Shown: piece by piece, positions 8,774 through 17,826 of the stretch
Layout: every line of letters starts with the position of its first letter
Numbering within the stretch: the first letter of the stretch is position 1
Source: Deltaproteobacteria bacterium
Lineage (GTDB): Bacteria; Myxococcota; Kuafuiibacteriia; Kuafuiibacteriales; Kuafuiibacteriaceae
DNA: 64,000 nucleotides
Reading direction: 5' to 3'
NCBI GenBank assembly: GCA_040218735.1
Contig: JAVJQW010000058.1
Coordinates: 82,525 to 146,524, forward strand
The notes under the pieces: generated by a model
What the model saw: the letters and a program-made list of their open reading frames with translations, nothing else
The model's database searches: none
Told to the model about the DNA's origin: nothing
Translations under genes and position numbers: made by a program

Positions 8774-10072
8774 ATGAATCGTAGGCCGAGCACCGGGCTC
8801 CTCGTCGTTTTCGCAGGCTTCACGTTCGCGTGCGGCGACGCCGGCACCACCGTGCGCGTCGTCAGCCCCTACAACACGACGCAGGGCATGAGCGGCGTGC
8901 GCGTGCGCGCGAACGAGGGCGCTTGGGTCACCGCCGACGCGGACGGGAGCGTCACCTTCGAGGACGTCTCCACGCCGTACCTGCTCGACATCGAGCAGAG
9001 CTACGAGACGACGCTGCGCACGAGCGACGATCCCGACGGGCTCGACGCGACGCTGCGGGATCTGTGGCGCCTCACCGTCATCGACGAAGCGTTCACCTTC
9101 GAAGTCGACGACTACGCGCCTCCCTCCGAGGACGCGTGCACCGTGAGCGGCCGCGTGGCGCTCGGCGAGGGCGAGCGTGCGCAGCTCGAAGTCAGCCACC
9201 TCCAGTTCGGGCTCGGCAGCTGGCAGACCGAGACGCCCGAGTTCGAGGCGGACCTCCGCTACGTCGTGCAGAGTCCGAAGCTCGGGGTCTACGCGGTCGC
9301 CGGGGTGCCCGACGCGGACGACGCGTTCTACGCGAGCATCTCGGGCGCGGGGCACATCGATGTCGACCTCCCCTCCGGTCCGTGCGGCACGCTCGCGAAC
9401 GTCGACGTCCCGCTGCAGCCGGTCACGAGCCGCGCCGTCGACGTCGCGTACGACTCGCCGGACGTCGCGGGCCTCGAACAGATCTCCGGCTTCGCCAACC
9501 TGCGCTTCGACGACATGCCCGCCGTGTCGATCCACCTCGGAGGCGTCTACGGCGACCCGCCCGACGGGACGTTCACGCCGCAGCTCTTCAACGGCTTCGG
9601 TCAGCCCTGGGTCGGCTTCTCGTCGTTCGGACAGGGCACCGTGGTCGACGGCGACGCCGCCGACTTCACGAAACGCTGGCGCTACTTCGAAGTGCAGTCG
9701 CCCTACGCGTACGCCGCGGCGCGCGTCGACGCCGGCGTCGACGCCATCACGCTCGCCGCCCCCGCCCCGACCAACCTGCTCGCGCCCGACGACGGCGCCG
9801 ACCTCACGACGTCCACCGCCTTCTCCTGGCACACGGTCTCGGACGTCGACACGTACGTCTTCGAATTCCACTGCCGGTTCGTGGGTAAGAGCGCCGGCAA
9901 CCTCGCGTTCCGGATGCACACCCCCGCGACCGAGGTGACCCTCCCGGCGTTCGTCTACGACCGAGTGCAGCCCGGCATGCGGTGCGCCTGGTCCGTGGGT
10001 TACGTGCTCGAGTCGGACACCGCCGTACGGTCGGCCTACACCGGCGAGCGCTGGGTGAAGGATCCTCGATAG
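8774..10072 (+). CDS. Putative lipoprotein (beta-rich)
   Basis: GGAGGG RBS; lipobox FTFAC. Confidence 0.8.
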   Translation: MNRRPSTGLLVVFAGFTFACGDAGTTVRVVSPYNTTQGMSGVRVRANEGAWVTADADGSVTFEDVSTPYLLDIEQSYETTLRTSDDPDGLDATLRDLWRLTVIDEAFTFEVDDYAPPSEDACTVSGRVALGEGERAQLEVSHLQFGLGSWQTETPEFEADLRYVVQSPKLGVYAVAGVPDADDAFYASISGAGHIDVDLPSGPCGTLANVDVPLQPVTSRAVDVAYDSPDVAGLEQISGFANLRFDDMPAVSIHLGGVYGDPPDGTFTPQLFNGFGQPWVGFSSFGQGTVVDGDAADFTKRWRYFEVQSPYAYAAARVDAGVDAITLAAPAPTNLLAPDDGADLTTSTAFSWHTVSDVDTYVFEFHCRFVGKSAGNLAFRMHTPATEVTLPAFVYDRVQPGMRCAWSVGYVLESDTAVRSAYTGERWVKDPR

Positions 10073-10180
10073 TTCCCTGCCGCCCGCTCGAATTTCGAAG
10101 ATTCTTTGTCAGGTTTCGGCCGCTGCCGGCAACTCAACTATGACGATGTTCGATTCCTGGCCGTGCCGACCCGCCTGAGC

Positions 10181-11806
10181 TCAGACCGTGGGGGCGATCT
10201 GCTCGACGATCCGGTCGAGCGCCGCCGCGACCTCGTGGTTGTCGATCTCCAGGGTCCGCGCCAGGAACAGGTGGAGCCGCGTCGCGTTCAGGTCGCCGAG
10301 GTCGTAGGCCTGCAGCGCCGCCTCGACGAACGGCCGCCCGCTCGTCGTGTTCGCGGAGACCTGTAGTGCCGGCCGCTCCGCGCCGGTCTTCTCGCGCTCC
10401 GGCGCGCGCATGTCTTCGGGGGCGCGTTTGTGTTCGTCGCCGCCGAGCATCTCCAGGTATGCCGCGCGCTTCGGGTCGTTCGACAGGACGCGGTAGGCCT
10501 CCGAGATGCGCCGATAGATCGCGTAGATCTTCTCCTTCAGGTCGCCGGAGCGAAGCAGGAAGAAGCGGTCCGGGTGGAACTCCAGCGACAGGTCGAAGTA
10601 CGCCGTCTGCAGCGCGTGGTCGGTCGCGTCCCGCTCGACGCCGAGGAGCTGGTAGTAGTCGACCTCCTCGAGCAGCCCGTAGACCTTGCGCACGCGCTTC
10701 GCCAGGCGCTTGCCGAGCTGGCTCTCGTCGAGGCCGCGGCGCTCCTTGCCCTCCGCGCGCCGTTTGATCGCGCTGATGCGTTGGTCGTCCGACGAGCTCG
10801 GCGTGCCCTCGCGCGGGATCTCTTGAATGAGGCTCGACTTCGAGATCTCCGGCGCCGAGTGCGACGACTGGATGCGCGGCTCCTCCAACGGATCCACCGC
10901 GCGCGTCGGGCCCGACGGATCGCGCTCGTCGGGGATCGATCGTGGCTGGAGCACCGGTGGCACCGGGGTCTCGGCGCGGTCCTGCGCGGCGAGCGCCTCG
11001 GCCGCCTCGCGCAGATCGTCGACCGGCGTGGCCGCACGCGACGAGGCTTCGAGGACGTGCGTTGCCGGCTGCCCGGCGTGTTCGAGCGTGCGCACCTCGA
11101 TGGGCATGCCGTCCGCGGTCGGCTGATCGTCGATCGCGGTGGGGCGCTCCACGCCGATGCCCGAGGTCATCTCGGCGACGCCGTGCCCGCGCGGGGTCGG
11201 GACGTCGTGGTCGCCGATCTGCGGATCCACGACCGCTGCTCCGCGATCCCCTTCGTAGAAGGGGTTCTGGTAGCTGACGACGGTGTCCATGTCCGGCTCG
11301 TTCGACGACGAGCGGGGCGGCGGACCCGCCGTGGGGATCGGGACGGGCGTGAGCGGTGCGCCGAGCACGTCCGTCGGATCCGAGAGCCCGGGCTCCGACA
11401 GCGCACGCGGGATGACGGGCGGCGGCGCCGGCCGGCCGTTCGCGAGCAGCGGCGCGATCGTCGACAGCACCCGCGCGCGCTCGAAGGGGACCCGCAGCAT
11501 GGCGTCGGCGCCGACGGAGGAGGCCCACTCCGGCGCGCGGTGCGACGACTCGTTCACCATCATCACGATCGGCGTGTCCTCGCCGCGCGTCTGCTGACGG
11601 ATGAGCTGGCAGAGGATCGTCCCGTCGAGGCGCTTCACGTGCGCGTACAACATGACGAGGTCCGGCTTGACCTCGTTGTAGCGGTCGAAGCCGTCCTCGC
11701 CGTCCATGGCGTAGACGAGGTGGTAGTCGGTGGACGAGAAGAAGCGATTCAGGAGCGTCCGGTGCTCCGGATCGTCGATGATGATGAGGACGACGCTGGA
11801 CGGCAC
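10181..11806 (-). CDS. Receiver-like domain + Pro-rich linker + DnaJ domain protein
   Basis: IIDDPEHR...DGEDG...PDLV receiver fold; DYYQLLGV...FHPDR...ISEAYRVLS J-domain. Confidence 0.88.
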   Translation of the reverse strand: MPSSVVLIIIDDPEHRTLLNRFFSSTDYHLVYAMDGEDGFDRYNEVKPDLVMLYAHVKRLDGTILCQLIRQQTRGEDTPIVMMVNESSHRAPEWASSVGADAMLRVPFERARVLSTIAPLLANGRPAPPPVIPRALSEPGLSDPTDVLGAPLTPVPIPTAGPPPRSSSNEPDMDTVVSYQNPFYEGDRGAAVVDPQIGDHDVPTPRGHGVAEMTSGIGVERPTAIDDQPTADGMPIEVRTLEHAGQPATHVLEASSRAATPVDDLREAAEALAAQDRAETPVPPVLQPRSIPDERDPSGPTRAVDPLEEPRIQSSHSAPEISKSSLIQEIPREGTPSSSDDQRISAIKRRAEGKERRGLDESQLGKRLAKRVRKVYGLLEEVDYYQLLGVERDATDHALQTAYFDLSLEFHPDRFFLLRSGDLKEKIYAIYRRISEAYRVLSNDPKRAAYLEMLGGDEHKRAPEDMRAPEREKTGAERPALQVSANTTSGRPFVEAALQAYDLGDLNATRLHLFLARTLEIDNHEVAAALDRIVEQIAPTV

Positions 11807-11833
11807 TCGGACGCTCGAAGGTCAGTGGCCGTG

Positions 11834-12247
11834 TCAGTTGCGGACGGCGACGGGGATGGAGATCTTCTCTTTCTTGCGCTCGCAGATGTTGGCGTCGCAG
11901 ACGAAGAAGGAGGCGTCGACTTCGATCGATGCGCTGCACTCACTCGGCGCGCCGAACTTCACGCCGAACTCGGGCGCCTTCGCCTTGGAGTCCTTCGCGT
12001 CCTTCACGGAGAGCTTGTCCTTGTGGAGCTTGAGGTCCTTCGACGCGAGCTTGATCTTCAGCGGGGCGTCGGTCGAGACCTTGTAACCCTTCGCCGGCTT
12101 GATGTGCATGTGGAACATGCCGTTGTCGCCGGCCTTGACCTGCTTGGTCGTCGCGCTGACGTCGATTTCGTACTTCTTGTCCGCGTCCGCCGTGTTCGGC
12201 TGGGCGGAGGCGAGGAGGCCGGCGACGAGGAATCCCAATGCGCTCAT
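11834..12247 (-). CDS. Secreted protein, DsbD N-terminal/Ig-like
   Basis: Signal peptide; GYKV..DAP; FFVCDANIC near the C-terminus. Confidence 0.65.
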   Translation of the reverse strand: MSALGFLVAGLLASAQPNTADADKKYEIDVSATTKQVKAGDNGMFHMHIKPAKGYKVSTDAPLKIKLASKDLKLHKDKLSVKDAKDSKAKAPEFGVKFGAPSECSASIEVDASFFVCDANICERKKEKISIPVAVRN

Positions 12248-12281
12248 GACGAGCGTGAACTTACCAAGATCGCGTCGAGCC

Positions 12282-13595
12282 CTACAAGAGATTGGCGGCC
12301 AGCTCGGCCAGCTCGGAGCGCTCGCCCTTGAACATCGTCACGTGCCCCGCGATGCGCTCGGCGCGGAATCGGTTCACGACGTGAACAAGACCGTTGTTGG
12401 TCGCGTCCATATAGGGATTGTCGATTTGGTAGGGGTCGCCGGTGAGCACGATCTTCGTGCCCTCGCCGGCGCGTGACACGATGGTCTTGACCTCGTGCGG
12501 CGTGAGGTTCTGCGCCTCGTCGACCACCATGAACTGCGCCGGGATCGACCGGCCGCGAATGTAGGTGAGCGGCTCGATCTGCAGGATGCCGAGGTCGATG
12601 AGCTCGCGGTACGAGCGCCCGCCCTTCTTTTCGTCGTTCGACAGCCCCATGAGGAACTCGACGTTGTCGAAGATCGGCTGCATCCACGGGGACAGCTTCT
12701 CCTCCACCGTCCCGGGCAGGTAGCCGAGGTCACGACCGAGCGGGAAGATCGGACGCGACACGAGGACGCGCTGGTAGATGCCTTCCTCGGTCGCCTTGTG
12801 CATGCCGGCCGCGATCGCGAGGAGCGTCTTGCCGGTGCCCGCCTTGCCGACGAGCGTGACGAGCTTGATGGAGTCGTCCATCAGCAGGTCCACCGCGAAC
12901 GACTGCTCCTTGTTGCGCGGACGCACGCCCCACACGCCGTCCTTGAGGCGCGTGATCGGCACGACGCGCTCCAGCTCGAGCGACACCTTCCCGAGCGCGG
13001 AGTGGCTCGGGTTCGCGGCGTCCTTCAGGTGCACGAACTCGTTGGGCGCGTGGTACGGGTCGGGCAGGTCGAGGTAGCCCTGGCTGTAGAACTGGTCGAC
13101 GTCCTCGCCCGAGACCTCCATCTCCGCGACCCCGGTGTACAGCTCGGTGATCTCGACGCGGTCGTGGTCGTAGTCCTCGGCCTCGAGGCCCAGGGCGTCC
13201 GCGCGGATGCGCAGGTTGACGTCCTTCGTGACCAGGATGCACGGCGCCTCCGGGTCCTTCTCTTTGACGTCGAGCGCGGTCGCGAGGATGCGGTTGTCGA
13301 CGGCGTGCTCGGCCTGCGCGATCTCCGCGGGGAGCTGACGCGCCGAGAACGCGACGTAGAGCTTGCCTCCGCTCGGGAGCTCGACACCGCCGGAGAGGCC
13401 GTCCGTACCGCGCAGATCGTCGAGGCTCCGGCTGACCTCACGGGCGGATCGGCCGAGCTCGTTGAGGTCGCGCTTGAACCGGTCGATCTCCTCGATCACA
13501 TAGATCGGGATGACGACGGTGTTGTCCTCGAAGGCGAAGATCGCGCTCGGATCGTGAAGCAGGACGTTGGTGTCGAGGATGAAGTTCTTCTTCAA
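12282..13595 (-). CDS. phoH: PhoH2-type PIN-PhoH ATPase
   Basis: ILDTNVLLHD PIN motif; GKAGTGKT; LGYLPG; YIRGRS; DEAQN; GDPYQID. Confidence 0.95.
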   Translation of the reverse strand: MKKNFILDTNVLLHDPSAIFAFEDNTVVIPIYVIEEIDRFKRDLNELGRSAREVSRSLDDLRGTDGLSGGVELPSGGKLYVAFSARQLPAEIAQAEHAVDNRILATALDVKEKDPEAPCILVTKDVNLRIRADALGLEAEDYDHDRVEITELYTGVAEMEVSGEDVDQFYSQGYLDLPDPYHAPNEFVHLKDAANPSHSALGKVSLELERVVPITRLKDGVWGVRPRNKEQSFAVDLLMDDSIKLVTLVGKAGTGKTLLAIAAGMHKATEEGIYQRVLVSRPIFPLGRDLGYLPGTVEEKLSPWMQPIFDNVEFLMGLSNDEKKGGRSYRELIDLGILQIEPLTYIRGRSIPAQFMVVDEAQNLTPHEVKTIVSRAGEGTKIVLTGDPYQIDNPYMDATNNGLVHVVNRFRAERIAGHVTMFKGERSELAELAANLL

Positions 13596-13680
13596 CGAGA
13601 AACCCGGGGTCCTCGGTGGGGACCCGGGCCCGTATAGCCGCGCCTAGGGTCTTTGACAACGGGCCCTGGGGCCGCGGGCG

Positions 13681-14013
13681 TCAGTCGAAGATGAAGACGA
13701 CTTCGTCGGCGCGGACCCAGCCGAGCTCGTCGCGCACGACGGACTCGACGAAAGCGCGGTCGGTCCTCAGCGCGTGCGCCTGGCGGGCGAGCACCGTGTT
13801 CTCGGCTTCGAGCCGCGCGTTCAGCGCACGCACCTTCGTGAGCTCGGCCTTCAGCAGCTCGTGGCGCGCGATGCCGTCGTCGCCGACGATCGCCGCGCCG
13901 ACGAAGAACACGACGAGCCCCGCGCCGAGGAACGACGACAGACGCATCATGAAGCTGGGGCGCGGGCTCTCCACGGGTTCGAGGAGCCTAAGGCCGCCGG
14001 GATCGGCCGGCAA
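13681..14013 (-). CDS. ftsB: Septum formation initiator FtsB/DivIC (start uncertain)
   Basis: TM, GDDG, coiled coil, VRDELGWV...E. Confidence 0.8.
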   Translation of the reverse strand: MPADPGGLRLLEPVESPRPSFMMRLSSFLGAGLVVFFVGAAIVGDDGIARHELLKAELTKVRALNARLEAENTVLARQAHALRTDRAFVESVVRDELGWVRADEVVFIFD

Positions 14014-14075
14014 CTTTTTGGGATCGGGTCGAAGGGGCTGCTCGGGCTTTCAGTCTGGGCTTTCAGTCCCGGCGC

Positions 14076-14579
14076 TCAGTCGGGGCGGGCCACGAGCGTC
14101 TCGAGCGCTTCGGTGAGCACTTCGGGCGGCCACATCCCGTCCATGCGCGCGGCGATGTGGCCGCGTTTGTCGAGGAGGACGGAGGTCGGGCTGACGGAGA
14201 TCGGCCCGAACGGTCCGAACTGGGAGGTGAACGCGCGCGGGTCTTCGACGCGGCCGACGTGGAACGGGAACTCGAACGTGTCTTCGAAGATGCGGACCAT
14301 CTGCTGGTCCTCTTCGACGATCGCACAGACGACCTCGACGTCTTCCTGCCACCGCTCGCGCATCGTCTCGAACAGCCGTAGCTCGACGAGCGCCGGGTCG
14401 GACCAGGTCCCGAAGATCGACACGATGACGACCTTGCCGCGGAGCCCCGCGACGTTGAGCGGCGCACCGTCCGCGCCGATGAGGCGGAGCGCGACGGGCC
14501 CTTCCGGGAGCGCGGGTCCCGCGTTGGAGCTCGTGGCGCAGGCGGACGCCAGCGTGAGGAGGAGAGCGGCGCGACGCAC
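14076..14579 (-). CDS. TlpA/ResA-like redoxin-fold lipoprotein lacking CxxC
   Basis: Lipobox ASAC; LRGKVVIVSIFGTWSDPA; PTSVLLDKRG. Confidence 0.75.
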   Translation of the reverse strand: MRRAALLLTLASACATSSNAGPALPEGPVALRLIGADGAPLNVAGLRGKVVIVSIFGTWSDPALVELRLFETMRERWQEDVEVVCAIVEEDQQMVRIFEDTFEFPFHVGRVEDPRAFTSQFGPFGPISVSPTSVLLDKRGHIAARMDGMWPPEVLTEALETLVARPD

Positions 14580-15220
14580 TAATCGTCGGCGTACCGCCAG
14601 GACTTGGTCCGGAGCAACCATGCATCGTGGCCGAAGTAGACGCCGGAGAACGGGCGCCCGGTGTCGCGCTCGTAGAACGTGAGGTGCGGGTAGCCGGCGG
14701 CGGTCAGCGTGAGCGGGAGTGCGAAGGTGCCTTCGCCGGCTTCGACGTCGACGCTCGCGGGGTTGGCCGCCGCGTCGGGCTCGGTGGTCGTGACCGAGAG
14801 CAGGAGCTTCGCCCGCGCGCGGGAGGTGAGGCGGTAGCGGCCGTGCACCACGTAGTGGCCGCCGACCTTCAGGGCCGAGTGGTCGCCGACGATCCGGTCG
14901 ACGGTGATGGAGTCGCCGGGCGCGAGCTCATTCGCCCCGCGCTCGAACTCCACCTCGCCGTCGAGGTCACGGGACGAGACAGGATCCTCGTCGAGCTCGG
15001 CGCCAACGACGAGGTCGAGGTCTGCGTCCCCGACGGCGGCACCGACCTCCGCCGCGGGCGTTGGACGCGTCTGCTCGCCGCACTTCGGCTCGCCCTGCAG
15101 GCGCGCGATCTCGGCGCGTAGCACTCGGATCTCGTCTTTCGTCTGCGCGTGCTCGTACACGATCACGCCGGTCTGCAGCGCGACCAGTGCGACGAGGGCG
15201 CCGGTGAGGGGGAGCTTCAT
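14579..15220 (-). CDS. Membrane-anchored hypothetical protein
   Basis: MKLPLTGALVALV N-terminal TM; coupled to the next gene. Confidence 0.65.
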   Translation of the reverse strand: MKLPLTGALVALVALQTGVIVYEHAQTKDEIRVLRAEIARLQGEPKCGEQTRPTPAAEVGAAVGDADLDLVVGAELDEDPVSSRDLDGEVEFERGANELAPGDSITVDRIVGDHSALKVGGHYVVHGRYRLTSRARAKLLLSVTTTEPDAAANPASVDVEAGEGTFALPLTLTAAGYPHLTFYERDTGRPFSGVYFGHDAWLLRTKSWRYADD

Positions 15221-15263
15221 CGCCGCCGATCGTACCGTCGCGGCGTCGCGTTCGTCAGCTGGG

Positions 15264-17171
15264 TCAGGGCCCGCGGAGGAGTCGCCGGAGATCGTCCGGC
15301 CAGGGCGCTTCGAACACGCGGCCGTCGGGGAGCACGAGGCGCCGCGCGTGAAGCGCGAGGCGCCCGGCCTCCGCCCCCCCGTAGGTCGTGTCCCCGAGGA
15401 TCGGGAGTCCGAGGTGCGCGAGGTGCACGCGCACTTGGTGCCGCCGCCCGAAGCGCGTGGTGACCCAGACCTGGCCGATCGCTCGCCGCACGGAACGCCG
15501 GGACGCACCGACGGTCGTCACGTCTCCGAGGGCGCCGGTCGCCGGGGATTCGTTCGTCGTGGCGTCGACGCTGCTCGGCGGTGCTGCGCCCGTGCTTTTG
15601 TCGTTCGTCGTGTCGCGGTTGCTCGTCGTCGCGTCGCGGTTGCTCGCCGTCGCGTCGCGGTCGCTCGGCGGTGCTGCGCCGGCGCTGTTGTCGTTCGTGG
15701 TCGCGTCGCGGTCACTCGCCGTCGCGTCGCGAGCGCTTGGCGGTGCTGCGCGCGTGCTGTTGTCGTTCGTCGTCGCGTCGCGGTTGCTCGCCGTCGCGTC
15801 GCGGTCGCTCGGCGGTGCTGCGCCGGCGCTGTTGTCGTTCGTGGTCGCGTCGCGGTTGCTCGCCGTCGCCTCGCGAGCGCTCGGCGATGCTGCGGGCGTG
15901 CTGTTGTCGTTCGTCGTCGCGTCGCGGTCGCTCGCAGTCGCGTCGCGAGCGCTTGGCGGTGCTGCGCCCGTGCTGCTGTCGTTCGTCGTCGGGTCGCGGT
16001 CGCTCGCCGTCGCGTCGAGGCCGGTTCGCGATGCTGCGCCCGTGCTGTTGTCGTTCGTCGTCGCGTCGCGGTCGCTCGCCGTCGCGTCGAGGCCGGTTCG
16101 CGATGCTGCGCCCGTGCTGTTGTCGTTCGTCGTCGCGTCGCGGTCGCTCGCGGTCGCGTCGCGAGCGCTCGGCGGTGTTGCGCGCGTGCTGTTGTCGTTC
16201 GTCGTCGCGTCGCGGTCGCTCGCCGTCGCCTCGCGAGCGCTCGGCGATGCTGCGCGCGTGCTGTTGTCGTTCGTCGTCGCGTCGCGGTCGCTCGCGAGGC
16301 CGCTGGCCGGTGCTCTGCTCGCGCTCTTGTCAGGCGTCGTCGCGTCGTCGGTGGCCGCCGGAGCGCCGTACGCCGGCTTAGCGTCTCCGTGGGCCACTCC
16401 GCGTGGGCCGGCTGCCGTTTCGTAGCCGCTCGGCGGTGTTATCCTCGCGCGCGTCCCCTCGTCGTCGGGCGCGCTTCGCGTGGCGCCCTCGGCGGCGCGC
16501 TCCACGTAGGAGCGCGCGGGCAGGGCGTCGGGGCCGTCGCCGACGCGCACCCGGGGGCCGGCGTTGACGATGCCTGCTTCGACGGTCACCGCGCCGTTCG
16601 CGAAGACGGCGTCCAGGTCGCCGTCGACGATCGCGTCGTAGACCTTCTCGACGCGGTGCGCCCGGAACGCTTCGCGCAGCTCGGCGCGCGCGCGCTTGGT
16701 CTTGGCGAACAGGACGACGCCGGACGTCGCCGTGTCGAGGCGGTGCACCGCGCCGCCCTCGAGCGGGGGCCCGGCGTCGGCGATCGCGGGGCACAGCGCG
16801 ACGGCCGCGTTCAGGAGCGTGCCGATCTCGTCCGGGTGCACGGGCGTCGTCGGGAGGCCGCTCGGCTTGGCGAGGACGAGCAGCGCGTCGTCTTCGTGGA
16901 GCCGGACGACCCGACCCAGCAGGGACGGATCGGGACGCACCCTCGCCTGGGCTCGGAGCGTCCGCCGGACCACCACCACGGCGCCCGCCTCCGCGCGATC
17001 CCCCGCGGCGACGCGCCGCCCGCCGACCTGGATCTCGTTGGCCTTGAGGCCCGCGCGGATCTCACGCACGGACGCGTCATGCCCGCGCGCGACGAGCGCT
17101 GCGCGGATCGCGCGGTCCCAGCGGTCGTCGGCGTGTTCGGCGTCGAGGGTGAATTCGATCGCGTCGGCCAT
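15264..17171 (-). CDS. RluA/RluD-family pseudouridine synthase with a large internal repeat insertion
   Basis: S4-like N-terminus, KPSGL, VHRLDTATSG, GRRHQVRVHL, PILGDTTYG, LALHA. Confidence 0.92.
   Translation of the reverse strand: MADAIEFTLDAEHADDRWDRAIRAALVARGHDASVREIRAGLKANEIQVGGRRVAAGDRAEAGAVVVVRRTLRAQARVRPDPSLLGRVVRLHEDDALLVLAKPSGLPTTPVHPDEIGTLLNAAVALCPAIADAGPPLEGGAVHRLDTATSGVVLFAKTKRARAELREAFRAHRVEKVYDAIVDGDLDAVFANGAVTVEAGIVNAGPRVRVGDGPDALPARSYVERAAEGATRSAPDDEGTRARITPPSGYETAAGPRGVAHGDAKPAYGAPAATDDATTPDKSASRAPASGLASDRDATTNDNSTRAASPSAREATASDRDATTNDNSTRATPPSARDATASDRDATTNDNSTGAASRTGLDATASDRDATTNDNSTGAASRTGLDATASDRDPTTNDSSTGAAPPSARDATASDRDATTNDNSTPAASPSAREATASNRDATTNDNSAGAAPPSDRDATASNRDATTNDNSTRAAPPSARDATASDRDATTNDNSAGAAPPSDRDATASNRDATTSNRDTTNDKSTGAAPPSSVDATTNESPATGALGDVTTVGASRRSVRRAIGQVWVTTRFGRRHQVRVHLAHLGLPILGDTTYGGAEAGRLALHARRLVLPDGRVFEAPWPDDLRRLLRGP
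15545..16296. repeat. 72-bp coding tandem repeat (9 full copies plus degenerate ones)
   Basis: CTGTTGTCGTTCGT-like anchor every 72 bp from 15685 to 16261; unit ASDRDATTNDNSTxAxxxSARDAT. Confidence 0.95.
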
Positions 17172-17183
17172 GGGGCCCGCGGG

Positions 17184-17762
17184 TCAGCGACGCGGCTTCG
17201 GGCCGGGTCGCCGGGGAGCCGAGCGTGAGGGCCTCGGCGCGCCGCGTGACGGGCGACGCGGCCCGGGGCCGCGCGAGCCGGGTTGGGGGCGCGGGCTGTT
17301 CCGCGGCGGCGTCTGCTGCGCACGGGGCGGCGCACCTCCGCCGGTCGTCTTGCGGGGCGCGGCCGTCAGCGGACCGCCACCGTGCGGGACCGGCTTGCCG
17401 TCGATGTCCATCTTCGGCTCGATGCCCCGCACCGCCTCCGGGGTGAGCACGTACCGCTTCGACGGCCGCCCGGCGCGCGCCATGCTGAACGCGATGATCC
17501 GGCCGATGGTCTGGACGTCGATCGAGTCGACCTCCGTACCCCACCGGTCCTGCGCGATCTCCCAGAGCGTCTTGCCCAGAACCTGACAGAACCAGGGGCC
17601 ACCGACCCGCCGTTTGATGAGGAAAGTGGTGAGCTCTTCCTGGGTGAGGGCGCCGTCCCTGTCGGCGTCGAATGGCCTGAGCATCTCGGTGATCTCTTCC
17701 GCCGAGAGCACCTGTCCGTTCGCCAGGCGGCGAAGTTTGATGGGTAGGTCTAGGCCGGGCAC
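17184..17762 (-). CDS. EF-hand protein with Arg/Pro/Gly-rich C-terminal tail
   Basis: FDADRDGALTQEE canonical EF-hand loop; tail PGSRGPGPRRPSRGAPRPSRS. Confidence 0.75.
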   Translation of the reverse strand: MPGLDLPIKLRRLANGQVLSAEEITEMLRPFDADRDGALTQEELTTFLIKRRVGGPWFCQVLGKTLWEIAQDRWGTEVDSIDVQTIGRIIAFSMARAGRPSKRYVLTPEAVRGIEPKMDIDGKPVPHGGGPLTAAPRKTTGGGAPPRAQQTPPRNSPRPQPGSRGPGPRRPSRGAPRPSRSAPRRPGPKPRR

Positions 17763-17826
17763 CGCTTCCTACACGGGTACACCACGGCCCAAGGGTGCGT
17801 CCAGTCGAGGGCGCCTCGATCCCCGG

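Noticed and set aside
15545-16296. Intein or intron in the RluA-family gene
   Set aside because: No intein terminal motifs, endonuclease or intron hallmarks; simple tandem repeat
14904-17228. 774-aa, 345-aa and Cys-rich 266-aa plus-strand ORFs
   Set aside because: Antisense shadows of the stop-free 72-bp repeat within the RluA-family gene
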